Assembly (NCBI GenBank): GCA_963826525.1
Contig: CAWGXH010000004.1
Location: 1,793,427 to 1,857,426, forward strand
Reading direction: 5' to 3'
From: an uncultured Methanomicrobiaceae archaeon
Lineage (GTDB): Archaea; Halobacteriota; Methanomicrobia; Methanomicrobiales; Methanoculleaceae
Length of the DNA stretch: 64,000 bases
Below the pieces are notes generated by a model, which was not told the DNA's origin, did not search any database, and saw nothing but the letters and a program-made list of their open reading frames with translations. Both the position numbers and the translations under genes were made by a program. This document shows positions 32,942-43,220 of this stretch, one piece after another (within the stretch, counting starts at the first letter, position 1; every line of letters starts with the position of its first letter).

Positions 32942-34022
32942 ATGTACATTGCGATTGCTCTGGGAACACGTCCAGAAATAATAAAAATGTCGCCGATTAT
33001 CCGGTATTGCGAAAAGTCTCGCGTTGAGTACCTGCACCATCCACACCGGTCAGCATTATTCATATGAAATGGATGCTGCATTTTTTCAGGAGCTTGGACT
33101 GCCCAAACCCAAGCACAAACTGGATGTAGGCTCAGGGACGCATGCGGAGCAGACCGCTAAAATTATGGTTGGGGTGGAGAAGATCCTGATGCAGGATAAG
33201 CCGGATGAGATCCTCGTTCAGGGTGATACCAACACTGTCCTCGGATGCGCTCTGGCCGCTGCAAAGCTGAACATCGCTATTGGGCATGTCGAAGCTGGCT
33301 TACGCAGTCATGATAGAACGATGCCTGAAGAGACAAACCGGATTGTAACGGATCACCTCTCAAGGCATCTGTTTGCCCCTACCCTACTGGCAAAAAACAA
33401 CCTGATACGGGAAGGGATCAGTGAGGAGATGATCCGGGTAACGGGGAATACGGTTGCGGATGCCGTCTTCCAGAATATCGAGATTGCAGAGAAGCATGAG
33501 ACTATCTTTCGTAAACTCGACGTAAATCCGAACGAATACTTCTTACTCACTGCTCACCGGCAGGAGAATGTTGACGAAAAGGTGAATGTGGAGAGGCTCT
33601 TCAAAGGGCTTAGTAGACTCTACACGGTGAGTAAGGTCCCTATTCTATTTCCAGTACATCCACGGACGTTAAAACGACTTAATGAGTTTTCTATACCTGT
33701 ACCGGAAGGAGTTCGCCTGATCAAGCCGCTGGGATACTTGGATTTTTTGCTGCTGGAAAAAAATGCGCGACTCATTCTGACAGATTCCGGTGGGGTTCAG
33801 GAAGAGGCGTGCATACTTCAGGTTCCATGCCTGACGCTGCGAGAAAATACTGAACGGCCTGAAACTCTGGAGGTGGGAGGAAATGTCCTGGTGGGTCTGG
33901 ACCCCGAACGTATTGTGGCCGGGGCACTGGCTATGCTGCAGCGAAACCGGAGCTGGTCGAATCCTTTTGGCGATGGTCGTTCGGGGAAGAGGATTGTCGA
34001 TATTCTTCTGGATCACCATTGA
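32942..34022 (+). CDS. wecB: UDP-N-acetylglucosamine 2-epimerase, non-hydrolysing (apparent frameshift near 33030)
   Basis: MYIAIALGTRPEIIKM from 32942, then HTGQHY, VQGDTN, HVEAGLRS, TDSGGVQEEA, TERPE, NPFGDG. Confidence 0.92.
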
Positions 34023-34344
34023 GCTCCCTCTCCTCCGGATGAGGTCACTCCTATACTCTTTGGCAATAGGAGGGCACGCCGTCCCGCCCTCTCCCTCCGA
34101 TGCTATAGCCGATATCAAGGATAGGTCTGTGATATGGTCGATATTGAGGCAGGGCTCTGGCGTTGCTCTTCTCCGTGGCGATTGCGAGAGATGTCGTTGG
34201 CGACCCCTGCGTCGGCCGAAAGATTGTTTTTGCCAAGAGCGCCGTCGGCCACTTCGACGAGCGCCCTGGGATTCTCCTCTTCGTTAAAAAAGGTGGGACT
34301 ATGACCTCTCTGTCATAATCACTGTTCAGCCTGTCCCTCCACCA

Positions 34345-35886
34345 TTACGGCGATACAAAGATATATATTCCCATGTTCTGCCCTGCATACCGGGTATTCT
34401 GGTGAAGCCAGGCAAGAGCGTCTCCGTTCGGGTTTGCGGCACTAAGGTCGCCGGTCACGACGTAGAATGTCCGGGTACCGCCATGCCTGCCCTGTATCGA
34501 CTCGAGATCCTGCGAGGTCGTGGCTCCATACTCAAGGGTTCCGTCCGTCGCGTTGTCGTAGTAGTAGTCGAGCGGGTGGCGCATGTACCCGGGCATCGCG
34601 ACGACGACGTCCCCGGCCGCCGTGGTCTCCTCGAGGGCTGTCGAAAAGCCTCTCCAGTCGTTCTTCTGGTACTCGGTATAGTATGAGGCAAGGAACGGAA
34701 CGCTCAGCAGCATGATGACCGCGATGAAGAGGTAGATGACCTTCTTCCCCGGGAATACCGTGAACGGAGCCTGATACGACGCGGCGATACCGATGAAGTA
34801 GAACGGCAGGAGGTAGATGAGGTAGCGTGGCATCATCGGCATGCTCGATGCAAGGAGGGAACTGACGATCAGCGGTAGGATGATCATGCTGGCGATGAGC
34901 CATGCACCTCTTTTATTGTCCTGCCAGATGAACCAGAAGCCGACGACGAAGAGGAACAGGAAGAAGATAAGGATGAACTCGTTGTACCCCGAGATCTGTC
35001 GGAGCGTCTCGTAGATGATGGTCAGACTCTGCATCCCATGGGTGGGGGGTGCTGCTGTTCGCTCAATGAAGAGACCTGCGGTGACGATGATGAGGGGAAG
35101 GCTGGCGAGGACGAATGTGAGCCCGCCGATGAGCAAGTTTTTCACCCGCCACGGGTCTTCGCGCAGTTCTCCCGCCTGAGCGGCGAGCCCGAAGAGCAGG
35201 AGGATGCCGATCGGCACGAAGGCGTAGAAGTGTGTCCAGAAGGCGAGGGCGGAGAGGATGCCGAAGAGTATCCAGGAGGATAGGTCGTTCGTTCGGAGTG
35301 CCTTGAAGTAGAAGGGGAGGGAGAGTGCGAAGAAGAAGAGCATCGGGGCATACGCACGCGCCTCCTGGGAGTACATGATGTGAAACGGGGCGAAGGTTAA
35401 GAGCGCCGCTGCGATGATACCGGTATTTTTGTCCCGGAACGTCGCTCCGACAACATAAAAGACCGGTATCGTCAGGACGCCGAGGAGTGCGGGGATGAGC
35501 CGGAGCACAAATTCACTGTCTCCAAAGACCAGCATGACATGCTCTATCCAGTAGAAGAGGGGTGGATTGAACTCTCCTCCCGCCGTGCTTGCCCAGATGC
35601 CTGCAAGCGACTGCCTGGCAAAGTAGAGCGTCGAGGCTTCGTCGAGCCAGAGGGAGTTGTATCCGAGGTTGTACAACCGTAAAAGCAGCCCGATTGCGGT
35701 AAGGACGATGAGCATCTGCACATACGGGCAGGTCTTCAAGAGTGTCAGTATCCGTTCCGGGGTACTGTTTCCCCCCGGTGATCCGCCTGTCGTCGTCCCG
35801 TCGTCGGATTTTGTGTCACAGAATACGCTTGATGAAGACGCTCTGCCTTTCTCCTCTCTCCCCTGCTTCTTCTTCATGAGAATCAT
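34345..35886 (-). CDS. GT-C (GT39/PMT-like) membrane glycosyltransferase
   Basis: LRLYNLG..SLWLDEA, NPPLFY, E..LR, YSQEARAY, THFYA, RYL; many TMs. Confidence 0.85.
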   Translation of the reverse strand: MILMKKKQGREEKGRASSSSVFCDTKSDDGTTTGGSPGGNSTPERILTLLKTCPYVQMLIVLTAIGLLLRLYNLGYNSLWLDEASTLYFARQSLAGIWASTAGGEFNPPLFYWIEHVMLVFGDSEFVLRLIPALLGVLTIPVFYVVGATFRDKNTGIIAAALLTFAPFHIMYSQEARAYAPMLFFFALSLPFYFKALRTNDLSSWILFGILSALAFWTHFYAFVPIGILLLFGLAAQAGELREDPWRVKNLLIGGLTFVLASLPLIIVTAGLFIERTAAPPTHGMQSLTIIYETLRQISGYNEFILIFFLFLFVVGFWFIWQDNKRGAWLIASMIILPLIVSSLLASSMPMMPRYLIYLLPFYFIGIAASYQAPFTVFPGKKVIYLFIAVIMLLSVPFLASYYTEYQKNDWRGFSTALEETTAAGDVVVAMPGYMRHPLDYYYDNATDGTLEYGATTSQDLESIQGRHGGTRTFYVVTGDLSAANPNGDALAWLHQNTRYAGQNMGIYIFVSP

Positions 35887-36173
35887 TAAACCTATGCCGC
35901 GGGCGCAGATAATGGTTGCTGGATGACATCCGACCCGTTTGTCCGGACTCTGCCCTGCGGCCGGACTCTCCCTTCGCGGTGCACCCGGCCTCGATCCGTG
36001 TGCCGATACGTCCCTTCTCCGGTACAAAAATGTTTCCCGGCACGGCCACGGTTTGGGGGTTTTGTTTCACGAGCGTGTATGGCATTGAACGGTGCAGGGA
36101 TATCTCCCTCTTTTTATTTCCCCGGTTCTCCGAGAGTAAAAACATAAATACTGGATTGAGCAACTCCTACTCC

Positions 36174-36818
36174 ATGAAAAGGGTGGTTAGCGGAGTATTT
36201 TTCGTAGTTATGCTGGTTCTGGCTCTGGCATCGGCAGGGTGTGCGGATCTCCCACCGGAAGATTCTTCCTTCTGGTCGGGTGAGTCGTCGTCGGGGGGCA
36301 GTAATGCGGGCGCATCGTCGGCTACGCCCACCAATACGTACGTGACGCAGGCGACACCCTACCCGACTGTCACGGGCGGCAGCGGTCTTGCACAGCCGAC
36401 GTACCGGACTCCGCCCGAGGCGGAGCAGGGGAATAGCGCGTATCTTGAGATATACAACGCTACGGCACGGTACAACTACACGACGGACGCATTCGTCTAC
36501 AACCTCTCGTCACCGCCGCTCCTGATCGCGTTTACGGTGACACCCGATATGGTCACCCGGACAAAGACCGTCACCAGCCAGTACGGGTCGCAGAAGGAAG
36601 AGACCGTGACCGTGACCAACATCAATGATCAGGCATGGTTTACCGTAACGGTCCGCGACCAGAGGAGCGGAGCGATCGTCCTGCAGGATGGGTTTGCAAA
36701 GATGTACAGCACCGAGACCCGGAAAGAGATGACGGTGAGGACCGCGGGCGTGTACCTGATCGAGATAACCGGCAACCTGGTCAAAGTCGACGTGAGGATG
36801 CGCGCAGGTTCGCCGTAG
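36174..36818 (+). CDS. Putative lipoprotein
   Basis: MKRVV...LALASAGC lipobox, Ser/Thr-rich linker, beta-rich C-terminal domain. Confidence 0.75.
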   Translation: MKRVVSGVFFVVMLVLALASAGCADLPPEDSSFWSGESSSGGSNAGASSATPTNTYVTQATPYPTVTGGSGLAQPTYRTPPEAEQGNSAYLEIYNATARYNYTTDAFVYNLSSPPLLIAFTVTPDMVTRTKTVTSQYGSQKEETVTVTNINDQAWFTVTVRDQRSGAIVLQDGFAKMYSTETRKEMTVRTAGVYLIEITGNLVKVDVRMRAGSP

Positions 36819-37010
36819 ATCTCTCCGCTCCTCTTCCCCGCCTCTTTTTGAAATCCTCCCCAAATATTCTCGGATTCCGAGTGATCTCCTTAGGTAAGGC
36901 ACCATTGGTGAAGCAATGCACGCTTCGCCGGGTACGTCTGCTCCGCCGGGCGAGCAATGCTTTTTATCCCTGGAAGATCTACCTTATTAGGCAGGTCTAA
37001 CAGCCCTCAA

Positions 37011-37082
37011 GTCCCGGTAGGGTAGCGGACATCCTAGAAGCCTGCGGAGCTTTTGACCCGGGTTCAAATCCCGGCCGGGGCG
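37011..37082 (+). tRNA. tRNA-Arg(GCG)
   Basis: GTCCCGGTAGGGTAGCGGACATCCTAGAAGCCTGCGGAGCTTTTGACCCGGGTTCAAATCCCGGCCGGGGCG: cloverleaf with GCG anticodon, followed by a T-rich tract. Confidence 0.95.
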
Positions 37083-37227
37083 TTCTTGTTTTTACTCATT
37101 TCTTTCAGGTAGCCTTCTGCTCTCCGTGCTGTTCCCTGATGTACGAGAGCTGCCGGCTCCCTTGGGCGGGTGAAGGGTCGTATCCGGCTTCTGCCTTTTC
37201 AGGCGAAAGAAGCCGATCGCAGGGCCG

Positions 37228-38529
37228 TCAGGGTTCCCGCGTGATCTCCGCGATATACGCAACGCCGAGCTTCGCTCGCCGTATCCGGGTGCTGTCGAGG
37301 AGGTGGCGCATATCGACGAACTCGCCCTCGTTCACGATCCACCGGACGCGGGAGTCCAGGTCGAGCGTTCCGTCCCAGGGAACATTCCTGAAGATGACGC
37401 CGTGGTTATGCAGGTACATCGCGTCGGCATCGGGGTTTGCCGGGTGGCGGTAGGAGAGCGATGCGATGCACGCGGGGTCGAAGGAGGAGAGGTCGCCGGC
37501 ACGGTTGACGCCGATGCCGAAACTGACCATCGTATCTCCGCGGTACTTCGGCTCTTCGTCGATCGCGAGCCATGCTTCGATGTTCTGCGAGTCCATGATC
37601 GATGAACCGTCTGCGGGGGCGTCCCTCCGGACGGGGGCACGTTTCACCCCGGAGCTGCAGACGCCGGCGACCACCGACCACATGGCGACGGCCACGACAC
37701 CGGCACGTTCCACCTTCCGCTCGTCTGCGAGGCTGAAGATCAGCCGGTAGAGGTCCGCGAGGGTGATGCCCTCGTCGCTCTCGGTCTCGACGGTGATGAT
37801 CTCGGCAAACGGTCCGTCGAGGGTCACGTTGAACCCCGAGTAGATCCGAACGTCCCCCGTATCCTTCACCGGCGCGAAGAAGTCCGGCGTGTTATTGCCG
37901 TCCGTGGGCAGCCAGACCATCGAACCGTGGAGCGAGACCATCTCGCCGAGGAGGGAATATGCATCGGCGAGATCCTCGCCGAGCGCCCCGAGGCCGAGAG
38001 CGTAGCCGGTATCGGAGAAGCGGAGGGTGTGGATATCGTCCTCCCGGAGCCGGGCGTACAGTACATTCTCAAGGCTCCCGACGACACGGAGTGCGCTCTT
38101 TTTCCGGGATACGGGTTCTATCGAGTAGCGCACGCCGTTTCGTATCGCCGACGGCCGTTTTATCTCCTGCATGACCGAGAGGCTCGCTCCCGGTGCGGAA
38201 GAAGCGGCGACCGCTTCCTGGAGTGTCGGGTACATCTTCAGGATGGTATGGACTCCCGCCATCTCGAGGACTTTCTGCGGGTAGTCGCCGACTCCTGCCA
38301 GGGCGACGGAGCCGCTGCGCTCTTTCATCTGCTTCCGCAGAGCGATAAAGACGCGAATCCCTCCGCTGCTGAGATAGGTCATGCCGCTGCAGTCGAGGAC
38401 GACCGCACGATCGTCGTCCTGCAGGGCTCCGGCGATGCCTTCCGAGAGGCGGCCTGCTCCGAATCCGTCGAGCCTTCCCGTGAGGGCGACGATCAGAACG
38501 CCGTCCCTTCGTGCAGAGTGTATCTCCAT
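37228..38529 (-). CDS. STAS (anti-sigma-factor antagonist-like) domain fused to a ~320-aa unknown domain
   Basis: L.GRLD...VVLDCSGMTYLSSGGIRV...LEMAG (STAS with the phosphorylatable Ser). C-terminal domain unassigned. Confidence 0.8.
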   Translation of the reverse strand: MEIHSARRDGVLIVALTGRLDGFGAGRLSEGIAGALQDDDRAVVLDCSGMTYLSSGGIRVFIALRKQMKERSGSVALAGVGDYPQKVLEMAGVHTILKMYPTLQEAVAASSAPGASLSVMQEIKRPSAIRNGVRYSIEPVSRKKSALRVVGSLENVLYARLREDDIHTLRFSDTGYALGLGALGEDLADAYSLLGEMVSLHGSMVWLPTDGNNTPDFFAPVKDTGDVRIYSGFNVTLDGPFAEIITVETESDEGITLADLYRLIFSLADERKVERAGVVAVAMWSVVAGVCSSGVKRAPVRRDAPADGSSIMDSQNIEAWLAIDEEPKYRGDTMVSFGIGVNRAGDLSSFDPACIASLSYRHPANPDADAMYLHNHGVIFRNVPWDGTLDLDSRVRWIVNEGEFVDMRHLLDSTRIRRAKLGVAYIAEITREP

Positions 38530-38655
38530 CTCTTTCCCGTTTACGGTATTGGAACGGTGCCGGTTAAGCATTTTCAAACGGTGCCTCCGTGGGATGCGCT
38601 ACGTTTAACTGGGATGAGCGTAACTGACGATGAACAACCACGGAGGACTGAAACG

Positions 38656-38883
38656 ATGGTGAAAGTTACGATCAACCGGGACGAATGCATCAGCTGCGAG
38701 GCCTGCTGGCTGCTCTGCCCCGACTTCTTCGAGCAGAATCCGAACGACGAGTTCAGCCAGGTAACCGAGCCGTACCGGGTCGGGGATGACCCTGCCGAAG
38801 GGGATGCACCCGCATCGCAGGAGGACTGTGTCCGGGAGGCTGCCGACCAGTGCCCGGTGACGGTGATATTCGTCGAGGACTGA
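38656..38883 (+). CDS. Single-cluster ferredoxin
   Basis: MVKVTINRDECISCEACWLLCPDFF...EAADQCPV. Confidence 0.88.
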   Translation: MVKVTINRDECISCEACWLLCPDFFEQNPNDEFSQVTEPYRVGDDPAEGDAPASQEDCVREAADQCPVTVIFVED

Positions 38884-39136
38884 TCCCGGCCTGCGGGGTG
38901 CGGGAGCTCCTGAACGGTCAAGGCCGCACGATCCATGGCGGTATCCCGATACGGGCGCTTTCTCTCTTCAGGCTCCCTGCCGCCCCGTCACCGCAGTTCT
39001 TTGGTCGGATCGCCGGCCCGCATCTGCCGGATCTATTGCTAAGGTCATTGATCGAAAAGGTATATCTTCTATGATGGTATAGGGGTGGCTGCCTGAAGTG
39101 AGGGATCATACCAGAGCAGGCTATGGTATGGCGAGT

Positions 39137-39811
39137 TCACCTATCGATCCGGTAAAAGATAGGTGAACGACAAAAACGCCATGTCATAGTCCGAAATGTT
39201 CTGGAATCTGCATTCCTCCCTTGGGCACCGCTCTTCTCAGCGACGTTCTCTATCTCCGGGACTATAAGCCGCATCTCCCGTCCTAGGGCGCGGTACCCTA
39301 CGACGTTCGAGAGCGAGGTGACGTTTCCTCTGTCGGTCGCCGGGAGAACCGATAGATTCCCGTTTGTCTCGAGGACGATCGCGTGCACGCCTGCAAGGCT
39401 GCCCTGCGCCCGCAGCGCCTGCTTTATCTCCGCCTCGGTGATCCGCTCCGCCTTCATGGCGTCCCGGAGCAGCTCCCCCTCGTAGTAAAGGAGGCGCGGT
39501 TCGGATTTGACCATTCTTTCGACGAGATTGAATCTGACCGACGACCAGGTGACGACATACTGGAGGCCGACGAGGATGAAGAGCGCGAGGATCCCCTCGA
39601 GCAGCGATACGGTCGCGGACGTGATGACCGATGCAAGCGTCGAACCGAGAGCGACGGTGACGATGAAGTCGAAGATGTTCATCGCGGCGAGCGTCCGTTT
39701 GCCCGAGATGCGGAGAATGATCACGAGAGCAAGATAGGCAAAGATGCCGACGATGAGCAGTCTTCCATAGTCGAAGAGATTTCCGACGATAACATCCTCG
39801 ATCCAGGTCAT
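39137..39811 (-). CDS. DUF421 (YetF-like) membrane protein
   Basis: LRISGKRTL..MN.FD.IV..ALGS, EPRLL, LR.QG, LETNG.LSV. The C-terminal extension may be spurious. Confidence 0.82.
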   Translation of the reverse strand: MTWIEDVIVGNLFDYGRLLIVGIFAYLALVIILRISGKRTLAAMNIFDFIVTVALGSTLASVITSATVSLLEGILALFILVGLQYVVTWSSVRFNLVERMVKSEPRLLYYEGELLRDAMKAERITEAEIKQALRAQGSLAGVHAIVLETNGNLSVLPATDRGNVTSLSNVVGYRALGREMRLIVPEIENVAEKSGAQGRNADSRTFRTMTWRFCRSPIFYRIDR

Positions 39812-39915
39812 ATGCCGTCCCCCGTATCCGTACCATCCGACCATCGCACGGAGGGAGCCCTACCCACCTCGGAATATATCTGAATATATGCCCGGCCGGG
39901 CGGCAGCGAAAAAAA

Positions 39916-40953
39916 TTAGAGGGCAGGCCGGGTCTTCAGCGCCTCGACGAGCAGCCTGATGCCCGCTTCGAGATCCGCCATATCGACGACCTCGACCGGG
40001 GAGTGAATGTAGCGCGTGGCGATGGAGAGGGGAATGCTCGGAATACCCTCCCGCTCAAGGTGGATGATGGTCGCGTCGGTATTGCCGCCCGTCCCGACCT
40101 CGATCTGTACGGGGATATTGTTCTTCTCGCCGGTCTCCCGGAGCCACGCCGTCATGCGGGGATCGGCCATCAGCCCGCGCCCGCTGGCGCTGACGATGAC
40201 GAGCACCGGGCCTTTGCCCATCTCGACGCTCGCGTCGCGCTTCTCGATCCCGGGGTGGTCGCCCGGGATGGTGACGTCGGTTGCGATGGCGCAGTCGGGG
40301 TTTAACGAGTAGGCGCTGACCTTCGCGCCTTTCAGGCCGATCTCCTCCTGGACGGTGAAGACGCCGTAGATGGTATGCGGGGACGTTGCCTGCTGGAGCG
40401 CCCGGATCAGCATCGCGACGCCGACGCGGTTGTCGAGCGCTTTGCCCGTCACCCGGTTGCCCGCAAGCTCGGCAAACTCACGGTCGATGGTGATCGGCGT
40501 GCCGATCTCGATGCCGAGCGCTGCCACCTCGTCGGCACTCGCGGCACCGACGTCGATGAACATGTCCTCGATCTTGATCTCCTTCTTCCGCTCCTCGTCC
40601 TTCATCTTGTGCGGGGGTTTCGCCCCGATGACGCCGCGGACCGAGCCCTTCGCACCGTGCAGCACGACACGCTGGGTATAGAGGACGGGGCCGAACCAGC
40701 CGCCGAGCGGGACGACCCGGATGAATCCTTTCTCGTCGATATACTGCACCATCAGGCCGATCTCGTCCATGTGGGCGGCGACCATGATCGAGAAATCCCC
40801 GCCGCGCTTGACGGCGATCAGGTTGCCCATGGTGTCTTCGCGGATCTCATCGACGTGGCCGGCGAGTTCTTTTCTGACGATCTCCCTGATGTTCCCTTCG
40901 CTGCTCGTCAGGCCGTGTGCATCGGAGAGCGTTCGCAAGAGTTCTTTTACCAT
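39916..40953 (-). CDS. M42 family aminopeptidase
   Basis: AAHMDEIG, KALDNR, VQEEIG, DVT, RYIHSP. Confidence 0.92.
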   Translation of the reverse strand: MVKELLRTLSDAHGLTSSEGNIREIVRKELAGHVDEIREDTMGNLIAVKRGGDFSIMVAAHMDEIGLMVQYIDEKGFIRVVPLGGWFGPVLYTQRVVLHGAKGSVRGVIGAKPPHKMKDEERKKEIKIEDMFIDVGAASADEVAALGIEIGTPITIDREFAELAGNRVTGKALDNRVGVAMLIRALQQATSPHTIYGVFTVQEEIGLKGAKVSAYSLNPDCAIATDVTIPGDHPGIEKRDASVEMGKGPVLVIVSASGRGLMADPRMTAWLRETGEKNNIPVQIEVGTGGNTDATIIHLEREGIPSIPLSIATRYIHSPVEVVDMADLEAGIRLLVEALKTRPAL

Positions 40954-40960
40954 TTTTTAT

Positions 40961-42068
40961 TCACTCCATGAGTCTTTCGAGTCTCTCTACCGCCCGCAGG
41001 AGATTCTCCCGCGAGGTTGCATAACTGAATCGGGCGTAGCCGGCCGCATTTTTGCCGAAGGCTTCGCCCGGGACGATGACCACTCCCTTCTCGATCGCCT
41101 GCTGTATAAGCGTTCGCCCCATCGGGACGAACATATAAAACGCCCCCTCGGGGCGCGGGAAGTCGAGCCCTATACCGGTCAGCCCCTCGTAGAGGAGATC
41201 CCGGCGGGCGCGGTACTCGTCCCGCATTGCCGCGACCGGCGTCTGGTCGCCGGTGTACGCGGCGAGGGCGGCATACTGGGAGGCGGACGCGGCACAGGCC
41301 TGGCAGTACCTGGTGCACCTTCATGCACTGGTCGACGTATTCGGTGGGGCCTGCAAGGAACCCGACCCGCCACCCGGTCATGGCGTAGGTCTTGCTGGCG
41401 GCGTTGATGGTGATGACGTCCTCGCCGTAGCGGGCGGCACTGCAGTGCTCTTTTTCGTAGGTGAAGTGTTCGTAGACCTCGTCGCTCACGACGGTGACGC
41501 CCCGGTCGTCTGCGTACTCTACCAGCGCCCGGATGGACTCTTCGCTCTCCACCGCTCCGGTGGGGTTTGCGGGAGTGTTCAGGATGAAGATGCGTGCGCC
41601 GTCCATCTGCTCCTTCGCCGCTTCGACGTCGATATGCAGCGTCCCATTGAGCGCCACTCCCTCCGGCCGGCCGCCGGCGATGGCCGCGAGCGTCGGGTAG
41701 GCGACGAACCCCGGGTCGGCGAAGAGGACGCGGTCCCCGGTCTCGACGAGCGCCTGCATCACCAGGTGCAGCGCCTCGCTCCCGCCCGCCGTGACGATGA
41801 TCTGCTCCGGGGTATAGGAGAGATTATTCTCCCTCTGCAGTTTCTCGCAGATAGCGTCCCGCAGTTCGATGATCCCTGCGTTTGCGGTATACCCGGTCTT
41901 TCCCTCGCGGATCGAGCGGACCGCCGCCTCTTTGATGTGGGCGGGCGTATCGAAGTCGGGCTGGCCGATACCGAGGTTGATCGCATCCGCTCCTCCCGCG
42001 TCGAAGAGCTTTCGTATCCCCGATGCCTCGACGTCGAGAACCCGTCGGGCACATCGCCGTGTCGTCAT
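40961..42068 (-). CDS. PLP-dependent aminotransferase class I/II, aspartate aminotransferase-like (apparent frameshift near 41310)
   Basis: LGIGQPDF, NTPANPTG, SDEVY, SKTYAMTGWRVG, P.GAFY, VPG..FG. Confidence 0.88.
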
Positions 42069-42092
42069 GCCGATCGTCTGTCTCCTTTTGGT

Positions 42093-42692
42093 TTATTCAA
42101 TGTTCGCGTGCCGGCACCGGAGATCTTCGACGTCGCACTGGGTGATCTCCATGAGGCGGGAGATGATGGCATCGGCAAGGACCATGGCCGTCGTCTCGAA
42201 GATGGTGCCGAGAGGCGCGAACGATTTATGCTCGCCCATCATCTGCCGGATCTCGAACTCCGCCGACTCGTCGCTGACCCTGTCGCGCTGGCTCTCGATG
42301 ATGACGATACAGTCGGCCATGCGGCCGATCCGCGAGTCCCGCTTCGATGAGATCAGGCAGACCTTGCCGCCGATATCCTTGACGGTCTCGGAGATATCGG
42401 CAACGGTCTTCGTCTCGCCCGACCCGGAGAACGCGATGATGATATCCCCCTTCCTCATCGCCGGGGTGACGGTCTCGCCGACGACGAAGGACTGCAGCCC
42501 GAGGTGCATGAGCCGCATTGCAAAAGCCTTCGCCACCAGTCCGGAACGGCCGGCGCCTATCGTATAGATGCGGTCTGCACTCAGTATCTCGTTCAGCAGT
42601 GCATCGATCTCCTCATCGGACATGACATCGGCGATTGTTCGTATCTTGGTTGCCATGAGCCGCATCATGTCCTTAACCGGGTGATTTGTCAT
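42093..42692 (-). CDS. hxlB: 6-phospho-3-hexuloisomerase
   Basis: GAGRSGL, AFAMRLMHLG, GETVTP, SGSGET, APLGT.FE, RHANIE. Confidence 0.93.
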   Translation of the reverse strand: MTNHPVKDMMRLMATKIRTIADVMSDEEIDALLNEILSADRIYTIGAGRSGLVAKAFAMRLMHLGLQSFVVGETVTPAMRKGDIIIAFSGSGETKTVADISETVKDIGGKVCLISSKRDSRIGRMADCIVIIESQRDRVSDESAEFEIRQMMGEHKSFAPLGTIFETTAMVLADAIISRLMEITQCDVEDLRCRHANIE

Positions 42693-43220
42693 CGTACTTC
42701 CTGTTACACGTTGTCATCAGATCATACATTAGAATATCTGCTTCTGCCCTGAATGCCGGACGTGCAGGCGTATGGCGGAGCGTTTCGTGCGCAGCTCCCG
42801 GTCAGGAGGCGAATGTGCAGAAAGTGCCAGAAAATATTTTGGAATTATTTGCCCTCGCCCTCCCTTCGAGTCTCCCTGCTCGATTGTGCGTTTTCTGCGT
42901 ATTGGTCATTATTCTCCAATTATGGCTGTTAATGGAGATAAAATGGTGTAATGCCTCTGCGGATCCCGTATGCGGCGAGGAAAAAGAATATGAAAGAGTG
43001 TCCCTCAGTACATTGGTACGAACGAAACGTCTGCCTGTAGTTTCGGCGGGGAATTGCGTCTCATTATATCGTGCTTTGCTCCAATATGAAAGTGCCGAAA
43101 GCGTTGTCCGGAAATTCCCCGTCGGCCAGACCGTATTCAGCATGAGCAGCAATCGCCCTTCGCCCGCGGTACGCGGGCAGAGCAATGACAGAGAAGTTTC
43201 CGTGATAGCAGGAGTATCCC

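Noticed and set aside
42686-43220. ORFs in the AT-richer gap between hxlB and lhr
   Set aside because: No motif, RBS or host-like codon usage; most simply a divergent promoter region.
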